The translations under genes and the position numbers were made by a program. Under the pieces are notes generated by a model. The model saw only the letters and a program-made list of their open reading frames with translations, was not told the DNA's origin and made no database searches. From positions 1 through 64,000 of the IMG/VR virus record IMGVR_UViG_3300032315_000647: a DNA stretch of 64,000 bases. One strand, 5' to 3'. Below are positions 40,234 to 49,320 of this stretch, piece after piece; position 1 is the first letter of the stretch, and each line of letters opens with the position of its first letter. This stretch comes from a virus.

Positions 40234-40637
40234 TAGGATAGAGTTAGTAGATATTTTGTTTTAGCTGCTTCTCCACTTAGCGCATCAGCTAAATTAGCTA
40301 TATCGTGATAGCTGTTTGATTCAGCATATCTTTTTAAGTTACTAGAGAAGTCCATAAGTGCTGTGACAACTGAATTAGAGTCTGCACTACTCAATGCTTC
40401 TATTGTATATACACCAGGACGCTTACCTGTATAACCCATAAGCTTTTCTATCACACCATCTTTAAAGTCATGTACATAATCATACAATCCTCCAAGAGCT
40501 TGATGCTCAGCATAACTCTTTGTCTGCCAATGCAATAGATGTAGTTGCTCATGGAAATATGTAAGCTTCCCAGCTATTGTTTCCAAGTTTAGTTCTCCTG
40601 ATTTCATCATCTCTTCAGGGAATAATGATTTTGCCAT
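40233..40637 (-). CDS. ferritin/Dps-like protein (DUF5856-type)
   Basis: QLHLLHWQTKSYAEHQALG.LYD......D..IE..MG; KTKYLLTL. Confidence 0.8.
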   Translation of the reverse strand: MAKSLFPEEMMKSGELNLETIAGKLTYFHEQLHLLHWQTKSYAEHQALGGLYDYVHDFKDGVIEKLMGYTGKRPGVYTIEALSSADSNSVVTALMDFSSNLKRYAESNSYHDIANLADALSGEAAKTKYLLTLS

Positions 40638-40651
40638 GTTGTTTGGTTTTA

Positions 40652-40924
40652 TTATCCAGGACTAGTTGTTGTTGTAGTTGTAGTAACAGGTCTAGTTGTT
40701 GTTGTGGTAGTTGTGCTAGTAGAAGTGCTAGTAGTAGTAGTTGTACTTGTGCTACTAGTAGATGTTGTAGTTGTTGTTGGATTACAACACTCATAAGCAT
40801 CAATTTCCTCCCAGTTACCTACAGCAGGCTTAAACCTATTGAGGATTAAACTACCAGAGATTACACGACCTGTACCATCATAACGTACAAATGCTTTTAA
40901 CGGTCTTTTATTTATACTTGCCAT
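40652..40924 (-). CDS. small protein with a mucin-like poly-Thr/Ser tail (paralog of 40937)
   Basis: KRPLKAFVRYDGTGR...KP.VGNW.EI.AYECCNP followed by about 40 aa of T/S. Confidence 0.8.
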   Translation of the reverse strand: MASINKRPLKAFVRYDGTGRVISGSLILNRFKPAVGNWEEIDAYECCNPTTTTTSTSSTSTTTTTSTSTSTTTTTTTRPVTTTTTTTSPG

Positions 40925-40936
40925 ATTATATTAGTT

Positions 40937-41212
40937 TTAAAGGGCTGTTGTAGTTGTGGTGGTAGTGGTTAGTTCTGCAGTGGTTGTGGTAGTAGTGGTA
41001 GTAGGAGTTCTAGTAGTACTAGTTGTAGTAGTAGTAGGTACACCTGTGGTGGTAGTAGTGGTAGTAGGATTGCAGCACTCATATGCTGGTATCTCTACCC
41101 AATTACCAACCTTAGGTTTCTTTCTTCTTAGAATCAGGCTGCTAGGAACGATTCTCCCAGTACCATCAAAGCGTACATAAGCTTTGAGAGGGCGTTTGTC
41201 AATTGATGCCAT
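40937..41212 (-). CDS. small protein with a mucin-like poly-Thr tail (paralog of 40652)
   Basis: KRPLKAYVRFDGTGR...YECCNP followed by poly-Thr. Confidence 0.8.
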   Translation of the reverse strand: MASIDKRPLKAYVRFDGTGRIVPSSLILRRKKPKVGNWVEIPAYECCNPTTTTTTTGVPTTTTTSTTRTPTTTTTTTTAELTTTTTTTTAL

Positions 41213-41214
41213 GA

Positions 41215-42231
41215 TTAGTAATTTAAATTATACTTGTTAAATAATGTTTTCAGTTCATTTGCGTAATACCATGTGCATCTTTTCTTGGAATTCTCATCAT
41301 TTAGAATAACATCTAAATGAGGATCTTTTGAAGGATCTGCACCTGTATGATATTTACCTTTATAGAAACAGTTATAACCATCCATAAAGGTGTTTACAAT
41401 TCCTGCATTATGAAGAATAGGATGAGTTTCTAGTTTTTCCACCATGTCAGGACTCCAACTAAATCCCATTTCAGGAATAATCTTTACATCCTTTCCTCTC
41501 ACCCAAAGATTCCAAAGAACTGCCCACATATCTGCACACCAACTTTGAAATCCTTTATTCTCATTTTCAAAATACAACTTGTTTATATGCTGTAGATATC
41601 TCCTAATCAGTATGCAATCATTCATCACCTTGCTCCAAAAGTCTGCATCTATATTCTTAAGGAGATATTGAGCTCCACCACTATCATCATTCTTTCCCTC
41701 AGCTTCCTCTCTACTAATACCAATTACGCTACCTATCTCAGCAAGGATGTCTCTTGTTTTGTATTCATCAAGTTTTTCAGGAAGTACATCCCTCACCTTG
41801 CTATCAAAATAGGAAGCTCCAATGTAGCTCACTGTATCAGAAACATAACAAACATCATCATTAATAAACTGTTGAACATCAAACTTTTCTGTAAAAAGAA
41901 TGTCTGAGTCACAGTAGAATATAGCTTGGTTGCTTAATTCAGGATGTTCTCTCCAGTGTCTCCATAATGTATAAGGTCGTAACACTGGAATATACACACC
42001 TAATTGTGAACTAATTTGATGTTCATCTTTGTAAAAATGAAACTCAGCTTCTGGATATAAGTCCACTATCTGTTTCCAATTCTCATTCTTCTCTCTAAAG
42101 TTGGGAGTGAACACTAGAACAATTGCTTTGTCTGATTCATTCCTTTTCTTCAGACTTTCCAACCACAGATGCACTTGCCATGTGTAATAAGTGTCATCTG
42201 GCTGAACGCATACATACTTCAGATCCTTCAT
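41215..42231 (-). CDS. GT-A fold glycosyltransferase resembling peptidyl-Ser/Hyp O-glycosyltransferases (GT95/GT96-like)
   Basis: YYTWQ, YIPVLRPY, FYCDSDILF (DxD), GGAQY, WCADMWA, ILHNAG. Confidence 0.65.
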   Translation of the reverse strand: MKDLKYVCVQPDDTYYTWQVHLWLESLKKRNESDKAIVLVFTPNFREKNENWKQIVDLYPEAEFHFYKDEHQISSQLGVYIPVLRPYTLWRHWREHPELSNQAIFYCDSDILFTEKFDVQQFINDDVCYVSDTVSYIGASYFDSKVRDVLPEKLDEYKTRDILAEIGSVIGISREEAEGKNDDSGGAQYLLKNIDADFWSKVMNDCILIRRYLQHINKLYFENENKGFQSWCADMWAVLWNLWVRGKDVKIIPEMGFSWSPDMVEKLETHPILHNAGIVNTFMDGYNCFYKGKYHTGADPSKDPHLDVILNDENSKKRCTWYYANELKTLFNKYNLNY

Positions 42232-42251
42232 AATGTAGTTTATTGGTTTAT

Positions 42252-42295
42252 AAAAAATTTGCGAAAGATAGCGTTTTTCACTACTTTTCGCAAAA
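42252..42295 (-). promoter_or_regulatory. composite terminator and promoter upstream of the GT gene
   Basis: Minus strand hairpin TTTGCGAAAAGTAG/CTATCTTTCGCAAA plus T6, containing TTTG-N20-TATCTTTC. Confidence 0.6.
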
Positions 42296-42442
42296 TTAAG
42301 GTGTTATTGTGGTGGTGGTTGTGGTGGTGAAGTTACCATTTGCTTGAGCTAGTTGACCAGAGATTTTCTCTAGCTGCTTACTAATTTGCCACAACAGATT
42401 CTCTGTAGTGCCCCAACCTATTCCTCTAGATGGTATTGGCAT
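42296..42442 (-). CDS. 48-aa protein with an IPSRxIGW module and poly-Thr tail (not in ORF track)
   Basis: Own translation MPIPSRGIGWGTTENLLWQISKQLEKISGQLAQANGNFTTTTTTTITP; N-terminus paralogous to 42457. Confidence 0.8.
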   Translation of the reverse strand: MPIPSRGIGWGTTENLLWQISKQLEKISGQLAQANGNFTTTTTTTITP

Positions 42443-42456
42443 TATCTTATATTTTA

Positions 42457-43041
42457 TTATCCAACATTAAATATGGAAAGGTTAACAGATGGAGATGCAG
42501 GTCTAGTTGGATTACTTCCTGCAGCAGTTGGTAAAAGTCTCATACCAGTGGCTTGTGACCACCAATAAAACTTAAGATATTGTCCAGCAGTCAATGGGAT
42601 TGTATCTGTTATTTTTGCAAGTGTCTGATCATTTTGTGCTCCAGTGGTAGTGAATGTAAATGCTGAATTAGGCACAATTACATCATTAACCGTATACCAA
42701 ACAGTTACATTATAATTTGATGCACCACCTGTAAATGCAAGTTGAAGACCAAGACTTAAAAAGTAAGTTCCTGCATTAATAACATCTATTCTATTACTAG
42801 TCAATGTAAACCCATTAGCAATTTGTGTTGAATTAATTAACACCTGATTAGCTGTGGTTGCTCCACCATTTGTTTGTAAGGTGGTATCAAAAAAGGTTGC
42901 AGAATAAAGACTAACTTTTGATGCAGCAATGTTGTCGTTAAGGGTACAGAGCTGACAGCTAGCTTGCTCCATTTGCTTAGCAATCTGCCACAACAGGTTG
43001 TCCTGTGTGCTCCAACCGATCTGTCTTGATGGAATAGCCAT
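42457..43041 (-). CDS. putative virion decoration protein with an IPSRxIGW module and a C1q/BclA-like beta domain
   Basis: F.DTT.QT, NAGTY......QL, VW...N...VPNSA, L.AGQY, P.SPSV. Confidence 0.6.
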   Translation of the reverse strand: MAIPSRQIGWSTQDNLLWQIAKQMEQASCQLCTLNDNIAASKVSLYSATFFDTTLQTNGGATTANQVLINSTQIANGFTLTSNRIDVINAGTYFLSLGLQLAFTGGASNYNVTVWYTVNDVIVPNSAFTFTTTGAQNDQTLAKITDTIPLTAGQYLKFYWWSQATGMRLLPTAAGSNPTRPASPSVNLSIFNVG

Positions 43042-43133
43042 AAGTAAACAAAACTATGATGTTTATAATAAAAAACAATGAACCTTAGTAAATTGTAATA
43101 ACGAAATAGGTTAAGCAACTCTAACTAAACTTA

Positions 43134-43259
43134 TTAGCCTTGACCTCTATACTTAGACATGGGTTTATCTTTAGGACCCTTTCTCTTAGAAGCCTTTCCA
43201 TTCTTTCTTCTACCAAATGTAATCTTGTGTGATTCACTTGATCCTTTACCCTTTGCCAT
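43134..43259 (-). CDS. small basic protein ending YRGQG (41 aa)
   Basis: Own translation MAKGKGSSESHKITFGRRK...KYRGQG; TAATG coupled to the endolysin. Confidence 0.65.
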   Translation of the reverse strand: MAKGKGSSESHKITFGRRKNGKASKRKGPKDKPMSKYRGQG

Positions 43260-43678
43260 TATATTGATTTTAATTGGAAATGCATACCGTCCTTTCTAGC
43301 CCATGTGCCTCCCCAATCAAATCCATTGTCTGTGAAGCATTTAACAAATCCTGCACTGAGTTTTGGAGTTTGATTGAGACCGTTTTCAAAAGCGTTTACA
43401 TCTATGGCTATTCCCCAACTATGTAAACTCATGGAAGAAAGTCCACGTTTCTTACGAATGTTGAAACAACCATCCCAGGTTTTAAGTTCTTTTACATGCC
43501 CTGTAGCTATCAGAGCTTTGAAAGCCTTGGACAGAGGTAATACTAAATCTTTATTACAATATATCTTCTTAGGAATTACACCTATCTCTAGTTCTGTAGG
43601 AACATCCCACAGGATTAAATGTGGGTTGGAGTTTGAAGGTTGTCCGTATTTCTTAAGTGCCTGTGCTGATGATACCAT
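43259..43678 (-). CDS. endolysin, M15 family Zn peptidase
   Basis: GCFNIR, SLHSWGIAIDVN, FDWGG.W...DGMHFQ. Confidence 0.88.
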   Translation of the reverse strand: MVSSAQALKKYGQPSNSNPHLILWDVPTELEIGVIPKKIYCNKDLVLPLSKAFKALIATGHVKELKTWDGCFNIRKKRGLSSMSLHSWGIAIDVNAFENGLNQTPKLSAGFVKCFTDNGFDWGGTWARKDGMHFQLKSI

Positions 43679-43681
43679 TTA

Positions 43682-44290
43682 TCATTTGAATTTAAGTTTC
43701 CAATAAGCATTCACACCATACATAGCATCTCCGTATGTGTTTATTCCAAAGGATCCTCCAATCATAAAGTCATTCTTTGTCTTTAGGATGCCTCCCACTC
43801 CAATCTGATGGTAGTTGAGGTTTGTTTGTAAAATGCCTCCTAAATATATCTGACTGGTTTTTCTCTCAGGCATCATTACTGTTTCAGTGATGGTGGGATA
43901 TTTAATGTTTAGTAGAGTGGATCTTCCTACTAACATATTATTCTGAACAGTGTCAATAATTTTTACATACCCATTGGTGTCAATTCTGATTGTATCATGG
44001 AATATGTTCATTGCGAGCAGTTTGTTTACCACTTCATAATACTGAGCTACGAGTTTTGAATAGTTTGTATCTGGTATGTAATTGTTCTGGATGATTGTAG
44101 TGTCATTAGAAGAAATAGATTCAGTGAATTGAGGCGTAGAGTATATAACTGTATCCTTTTCTATCCAAACTGTGTCTCTTTTTGTGATTGGTTCATCAAT
44201 TGTCTGGGGCTTTCTCCACCTATCAAGGAGAAGAAGAATTACCACGATGAGTATTAGAATCCCAATTATGTTATTCTTTAAGAATTTCAT
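43682..44290 (-). CDS. N-terminally anchored lysis-associated protein (spanin-like)
   Basis: N-terminal TM, DTVW/DTVI repeats, amphipathic beta C-terminus; lies between the holin-like gene and the endolysin. Confidence 0.55.
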   Translation of the reverse strand: MKFLKNNIIGILILIVVILLLLDRWRKPQTIDEPITKRDTVWIEKDTVIYSTPQFTESISSNDTTIIQNNYIPDTNYSKLVAQYYEVVNKLLAMNIFHDTIRIDTNGYVKIIDTVQNNMLVGRSTLLNIKYPTITETVMMPERKTSQIYLGGILQTNLNYHQIGVGGILKTKNDFMIGGSFGINTYGDAMYGVNAYWKLKFK

Positions 44291-44607
44291 GCTTTTATAT
44301 TAGCATAGATACCACTTATGTACTGACCAAGTAGTAAAAGTCCTCCTAAGATAGCAATCACCCAATACACCTTTTTTTTAAACTCCTCATGTCCTTCCAC
44401 CTTCTTTTCCAAATCTTGGATTTTCTTTTTCAGAACATCAATGTCACTAACAAACCCTCCAGTTTTTGTCAGGGGGTTGCCTAAGATAGCATCCACTACC
44501 TGTGTTAACTTCGTATCTATGGATACAATCTTTTCCTCCATGTCATACAGACGCTGGTCCATACTTTTAAGTTCGCCTTTTACTTGTTCTTCAAAAAGAT
44601 TCTCCAT
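44287..44607 (-). CDS. coiled-coil protein with a C-terminal TM, putative holin/antiholin
   Basis: ATG 44607; heptad pattern; AILGN...GG; C-terminal VYWVIAILGGLLLLG. Confidence 0.55.
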   Translation of the reverse strand: MENLFEEQVKGELKSMDQRLYDMEEKIVSIDTKLTQVVDAILGNPLTKTGGFVSDIDVLKKKIQDLEKKVEGHEEFKKKVYWVIAILGGLLLLGQYISGIYANIKA

Positions 44608-44643
44608 AATATTGGTATCTATCACATGGATGATGAAAGATTT

Positions 44644-44691
44644 AAAAAAAAAAAACACGCCAATCCCTCTCCGAAACAGGAATCAGCGTGT
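44644..44691 (-). terminator. strong intrinsic terminator just upstream of the lysis cassette
   Basis: ACACGCTGATTCCT-GTTTCGGAG-AGGGATTGGCGTGT followed by T11 on the minus strand. Confidence 0.75.
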
Positions 44692-44723
44692 ATATAGTTT
44701 TTTGACAGAGTAGTGTCTGTGTG

Positions 44724-44755
44724 CAAACCTATGTAATTCTTTTGAAACTACCAAA
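44724..44755 (-). promoter_or_regulatory. Bacteroidota promoter facing the lysis genes
   Basis: TTTG-N20-TAGGTTTG. Confidence 0.65.
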
Positions 44756-44773
44756 TATTTTTTTATACCTTTG
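44741..44773 (+). promoter_or_regulatory. Bacteroidota promoter for the multidomain GT operon
   Basis: TTTG-N21-TACCTTTG. Confidence 0.7.
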
Positions 44774-44793
44774 TAACAGAAAACCAAACAGTT

Positions 44794-47700
44794 ATGCCTA
44801 ATAGTTATACATTCTTTAAAGCTGAAATTAGACAGTGGTTTATTGATAATATTCCTTCTGATACAAGGATTTTAGATGTTGGTCCTGGTCAAGGCACTTA
44901 TTCAGATTTACTTAGAGATCTTGGATATAGAATAGATGCTGTTGAGATATGGGCTCCCTATGTAGAACAGTTTAACCTCAGGGCCAAATATGATAATGTT
45001 TATGTAAAAGACATATTGAACTTTAATGTTAGCTCTTACGACTTTATTATTCTGGGAGATGTATTAGAACACATTCCTACAGAAGATGCTCAGGAACTTC
45101 TTACCAAGTTCGATTTGATGGAAAAGAGATTCATGGTTGCTGTTCCTTACATGATGCCTCAAGATGGAGCAGAATACGGGAATGAGCATGAAACTCATCA
45201 TCAGGAAGACCTTACGCCAGATGTAATGTTAGAACGTTATCCAGGACTAGAGAAACTTTATGATAATCAGTGGTATGGATATTATGTAAACGTTGACACT
45301 AGGTTTGAGAAAGCCTATGTTTTATATGCTACAGAGAGTTATAAAGACACTGTACAAGCATGTGTTTATTCTATAAAAGCATATAGTAAGATTCCTATAA
45401 TTGTTTACATGCTCAACTCAGATGAAGAGATCAATGGAGCTGTTACAATAAGTTGGGACTGCAAAGTTAAAAATGTTCCTCAGCAGAAGTATATCAATAG
45501 AGATGACAGAGATATATACAACATACTGATACAAAGACCAGCTATTGTAAAAGATGCTCTTAAATATGCTAAAACTGTAGCATATGTGGATAGTGATAGT
45601 GTAGCCACTAGGTTTGTAGATAGAATGTTTGATCTCTATCCTACTAAATCTACTCATCCATATTTTACAGAAGGTATTTATGAATGGATGCATCACAATG
45701 GTAGAGGAGGTGCTGAAAGTATGGATGATCTAAGTACAACGTTAGAGCATCCAGCTTGTGAGTTGTTTGGTGTAAACCAGTATGTTAGAAAGAAATACGT
45801 ACAGACAGGATATTTTGTAGCTGGACAATGGTGTAAAACATTCTTAGAAGAGTGGCAGTGGATGTGTAATCATCCTAAGGTTGTAAAAAATCCACAATAC
45901 TATGCCCCTTATCATGAAGAAACTATAGTTAATGTCCTCCTTTGGAAGTATGATGTAAATGATGGGCTTCCATACATATACATCAATGGGTCTTTGGACG
46001 TAGTGAATAGCTCAGAGTTTACAGGACAAAAAGAACACATAGGACATTTCATCGCCACTCCTGCAGAAAAGAAAGACCTGTTGTTCTATCATGGAGAAAA
46101 AGATCCTCTTACAATGTACAGAATGTTGGAACGTATGAAGAATAGACCTAATATATTGTTTCTAGCTCCTCATCTATCTACAGGTGGTATGCCAGCTTTC
46201 TTGTTAAAGAGAATAAAGGCATTGATGCAATTCACTGATGTAGAAATAGTTGTTGTGGAATATGCCAATCATAGCGATGATTATGTGGTCCAGAAGAACC
46301 AGATAAGAAACTTAGTGAAGTATTTCTATACACTAGGTGAGAACAAGATGGAAGTGATAGACATTATCAAAAAACATGGAATAGATGTAGTGCACATTGA
46401 TGAGATGGTAGAAGATGGTTGGAATAATTGGCCAGAAGAACTTAGGGAAGCTTTGTATGTAGATGACAGAGCTTGGAGAGTAGTGGAGACATGTCATAAT
46501 ATTGTATTCAATCCAGATATTGAAAAGCGCTATCACCCAGATGCATATGCATTCTGTACTCCCCATCACTTGAAAACATTTGCTAACATGCCTTCTAGAA
46601 AGGAAGTGATTGAGTTTCCTATAGAAAGGAAGGATGATATAGCTCTCAATTTTGGTAAAGGTTATCATGTATTGAATGTAGGACTATGGACCCCTGGCAA
46701 AAACCAAGGAGAAGCTGTAGAGCTGGCTAAACAAATGCCAGATGTACAGTTTCACTTTGTAGGTAATCAGGCTGGTAACTTCCAACACTATTGGGAACCA
46801 ATCATGAAAGATCTTCCTTCTAATGTGCATGTGTGGGGAGAGCGTGATGATGTAGGTAGCTTTATGAAAGGATGTGATGTCTTCATGTTCAACAGTACAT
46901 TTGAGTGTAATCCGTTGGTAATTAGGGAAGCTATAGGATATGGTAAACCAATTCTTGCAAGAAATCTTCCTCAGTATGGAGATATGTTCACTAAGTATAT
47001 TACACATCTAGAGCCTGATAGGATGAAAGAGCAATTGTATGACTTATTGAAAAATGATACCACTTACACTATTCCTGAGAATCAAACAGAGGAATTTGGT
47101 AAGCGTCACTTACAGTTATATCAGGAAGTTGTAAGTAATGGTTGTCAAACTGACGTTGAAAACATTACAATTGCTCATTATTTTGTTCATGAACCTTTCT
47201 TGGAAATAACAGGAAACTCTGATAGTAAGTTTACAGTGAAATATTTTGATGAGAGTGGTAAGTGTTATTATGATAATGTAATAGGAATTAATAGTTGGGT
47301 GAGAATCAACAGAAGATGGTTTACTAGATGGACAATAAAAATATGGAAGGATGAAGAGATGTATTATGAATACACTCTTAATTACGAGAATCAACGTGTT
47401 TATATATCCTTTGATAGTAAATCGTTAGGAGATACAATAGCATGGATGCCTTATGTTCTTAAGTTTAAGAAGAAACATAACTGTCATGTTATAGTGAGCA
47501 CATTCAAGAACTTCCTCTTTAAAGATGTCTACCCAGAACTTGAATTTGTAGATCCTGGTTCAAGAGTAGATAATATTTTTGGAATGTACACATTAGGTTG
47601 GTTTTATAATCCAGATAAAGAACCTGAACTTTGTAACACTATTCCTCTTCAGAAAGCAGCATCTAACATCTTAGGTGTTGATTATCAGGAACTCAAACCA

Positions 47701-48216
47701 CGGATAGCATTTACACCTAGTAACAAATTATATGATAAATTTGTTACAATAGCTACTAATTCCACAGCTGCTTGTAAGTTTTGGACTAAGGAAGGATGGC
47801 AAGAAGTTATTAATTTTCTCCACGAGAAGGGATATAAAGTGATAAATGTATCTATAGAAAGGAACTCATTTGACAACTGTGAGCAACTAGAAGATACATC
47901 TATGGAGAACACTATGAATACTATTCATCATAGTGAGTTTTTCATAGGACTTTCTAGTGGTTTGAGTTGGTTAGCCTGGGCTCTGGATAAGAAAGTGGTT
48001 ATGATAAGTAACTTTACAGAAGCTGATCATGAGTTCCAATGTATCAGGGTGAGTAAAAAGGATGTGTGTAATGGATGTTGGAATAAATCACACAACAGAT
48101 TCAATCCAGGAGATTGGTATTGGTGCCCTGAACATAAAGGAACAGACAGACAATTTGAATGTCACACATCAATAACAGCTAGTGATGTTATTAATCAAAT
48201 ACAACATTTGTTATGA
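44794..48216 (+). CDS. multidomain enzyme: SAM methyltransferase, GT-A, GT4, and autotransporter O-heptosyltransferase (TibC/AAH-like)
   Basis: ILDVGPGQG; YVDSDSV; APHLSTGGMP, KNQ and ECNPLVIREA; SKSLGDTIAW, FFIGLSSGLSWLAWAL, CNGCWN..WCPEH..FEC. Confidence 0.85.
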   Translation: MPNSYTFFKAEIRQWFIDNIPSDTRILDVGPGQGTYSDLLRDLGYRIDAVEIWAPYVEQFNLRAKYDNVYVKDILNFNVSSYDFIILGDVLEHIPTEDAQELLTKFDLMEKRFMVAVPYMMPQDGAEYGNEHETHHQEDLTPDVMLERYPGLEKLYDNQWYGYYVNVDTRFEKAYVLYATESYKDTVQACVYSIKAYSKIPIIVYMLNSDEEINGAVTISWDCKVKNVPQQKYINRDDRDIYNILIQRPAIVKDALKYAKTVAYVDSDSVATRFVDRMFDLYPTKSTHPYFTEGIYEWMHHNGRGGAESMDDLSTTLEHPACELFGVNQYVRKKYVQTGYFVAGQWCKTFLEEWQWMCNHPKVVKNPQYYAPYHEETIVNVLLWKYDVNDGLPYIYINGSLDVVNSSEFTGQKEHIGHFIATPAEKKDLLFYHGEKDPLTMYRMLERMKNRPNILFLAPHLSTGGMPAFLLKRIKALMQFTDVEIVVVEYANHSDDYVVQKNQIRNLVKYFYTLGENKMEVIDIIKKHGIDVVHIDEMVEDGWNNWPEELREALYVDDRAWRVVETCHNIVFNPDIEKRYHPDAYAFCTPHHLKTFANMPSRKEVIEFPIERKDDIALNFGKGYHVLNVGLWTPGKNQGEAVELAKQMPDVQFHFVGNQAGNFQHYWEPIMKDLPSNVHVWGERDDVGSFMKGCDVFMFNSTFECNPLVIREAIGYGKPILARNLPQYGDMFTKYITHLEPDRMKEQLYDLLKNDTTYTIPENQTEEFGKRHLQLYQEVVSNGCQTDVENITIAHYFVHEPFLEITGNSDSKFTVKYFDESGKCYYDNVIGINSWVRINRRWFTRWTIKIWKDEEMYYEYTLNYENQRVYISFDSKSLGDTIAWMPYVLKFKKKHNCHVIVSTFKNFLFKDVYPELEFVDPGSRVDNIFGMYTLGWFYNPDKEPELCNTIPLQKAASNILGVDYQELKPRIAFTPSNKLYDKFVTIATNSTAACKFWTKEGWQEVINFLHEKGYKVINVSIERNSFDNCEQLEDTSMENTMNTIHHSEFFIGLSSGLSWLAWALDKKVVMISNFTEADHEFQCIRVSKKDVCNGCWNKSHNRFNPGDWYWCPEHKGTDRQFECHTSITASDVINQIQHLL

Positions 48217-48881
48217 GAGAGTTTCTATGGGAACCTGAATGTTATCCAGGATTTAGAGAGCATGTAGAAAAAGAAATCTTTGTAGATAGAATCTATGAGA
48301 GATATTTTGAGGTTGAGAAAGGGGATGTTGTGTTCGATGTTGGTGCTAGTCTAGGACCATTCACCTATTCAATACTTGAAAAACAACCTTCTCATGTCTT
48401 TGCATTTGAACCAAGCTTTGAGGAATATAAGACGTTAGTGTTGAACACTCGTAAAGGACCTGTTACACATATTAACAAGGGTGTATCAAATCATATTGGA
48501 GAATTCAATTTTGAATATGTGTTCAGTGTTGGTGAGAATGAAATACAGTATTCAACCACCTTCAAAAAAGTGATTGATGATTACAATATTCAAAAGATAG
48601 ACTTTCTAAAAACAGATTGTGAAGGAGGAGAATATGATATATTCAATCTGGAAAACCTTATTTGGATTAAACAGAATGTCAGAAAGATTGCTGGTGAGTG
48701 GCATTTAGGAACTCCAGAATTGAAAGATAAGTTCAGAGTGTTTAGAGACACCTATCTTAGGATGTTTCCTAATTTTAAGATTAGATCTTTCAATGGATTC
48801 AATGTTGAAGAAAATCTTTGGACAGAACCATTTATTGAAGTGTTCACTGAACTCATCATCTATATTGATAATAGGCACTAA
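48213..48881 (+). CDS. FkbM family methyltransferase
   Basis: VVFDVGASLG.F, VFAFEP, IDFLKTDCEGGEY, EWH. Confidence 0.88.
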   Translation: MREFLWEPECYPGFREHVEKEIFVDRIYERYFEVEKGDVVFDVGASLGPFTYSILEKQPSHVFAFEPSFEEYKTLVLNTRKGPVTHINKGVSNHIGEFNFEYVFSVGENEIQYSTTFKKVIDDYNIQKIDFLKTDCEGGEYDIFNLENLIWIKQNVRKIAGEWHLGTPELKDKFRVFRDTYLRMFPNFKIRSFNGFNVEENLWTEPFIEVFTELIIYIDNRH

Positions 48882-49320
48882 TCTTTTTGTAAACAAAATT
48901 GTTTACTAAGTGTAAACAATACTGTATAGGTAGGGAGGATGTATCAATATGTAGAACATCCTCCCCCTCTATTGGTTTTTCAAAATCTTTAACTTGATAA
49001 TCTTCTTTTTCTCTATCTTCTTCATAAGTCAAATAGATCCAAGAAACATCACTTGTTAAAGTTCTTAAATAGTCTCTGGCTTCCTTATAAGGATAGACAA
49101 GTGATAGGATTACATTCTTTCCTGTACTATTTAGGAAGTGGGCTATATCACTAGCCCTGTTCAGGTTCTTGATTCTTCCTTCTCTAGAATAGTCTTTGTT
49201 TGCAAACAATTCTCTCAAAGCATCACCATCTATATTCACATATGTACTATCGTTAGCCAATATCTGACTTGCTAATGTGGTTTTTCCACTACCAGGTTGT
49301 CCAAATAGTACGATTATCAT
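48856..49320 (-). CDS. cysC: adenylyl-sulfate (APS) kinase
   Basis: G.PGSGKTTLA, IDGD..R, DYSREGR..N, VI.SLV.PY...R, FE.P. Confidence 0.85.
   Translation of the reverse strand: MIIVLFGQPGSGKTTLASQILANDSTYVNIDGDALRELFANKDYSREGRIKNLNRASDIAHFLNSTGKNVILSLVYPYKEARDYLRTLTSDVSWIYLTYEEDREKEDYQVKDFEKPIEGEDVLHIDTSSLPIQYCLHLVNNFVYKKISAYYQYR

Noticed and set aside
40577-41180. Poly-Val, poly-Cys/Ser and Gln/Leu ORFs
   Set aside because: Alternative-frame or antisense readings of the poly-Thr codon runs.
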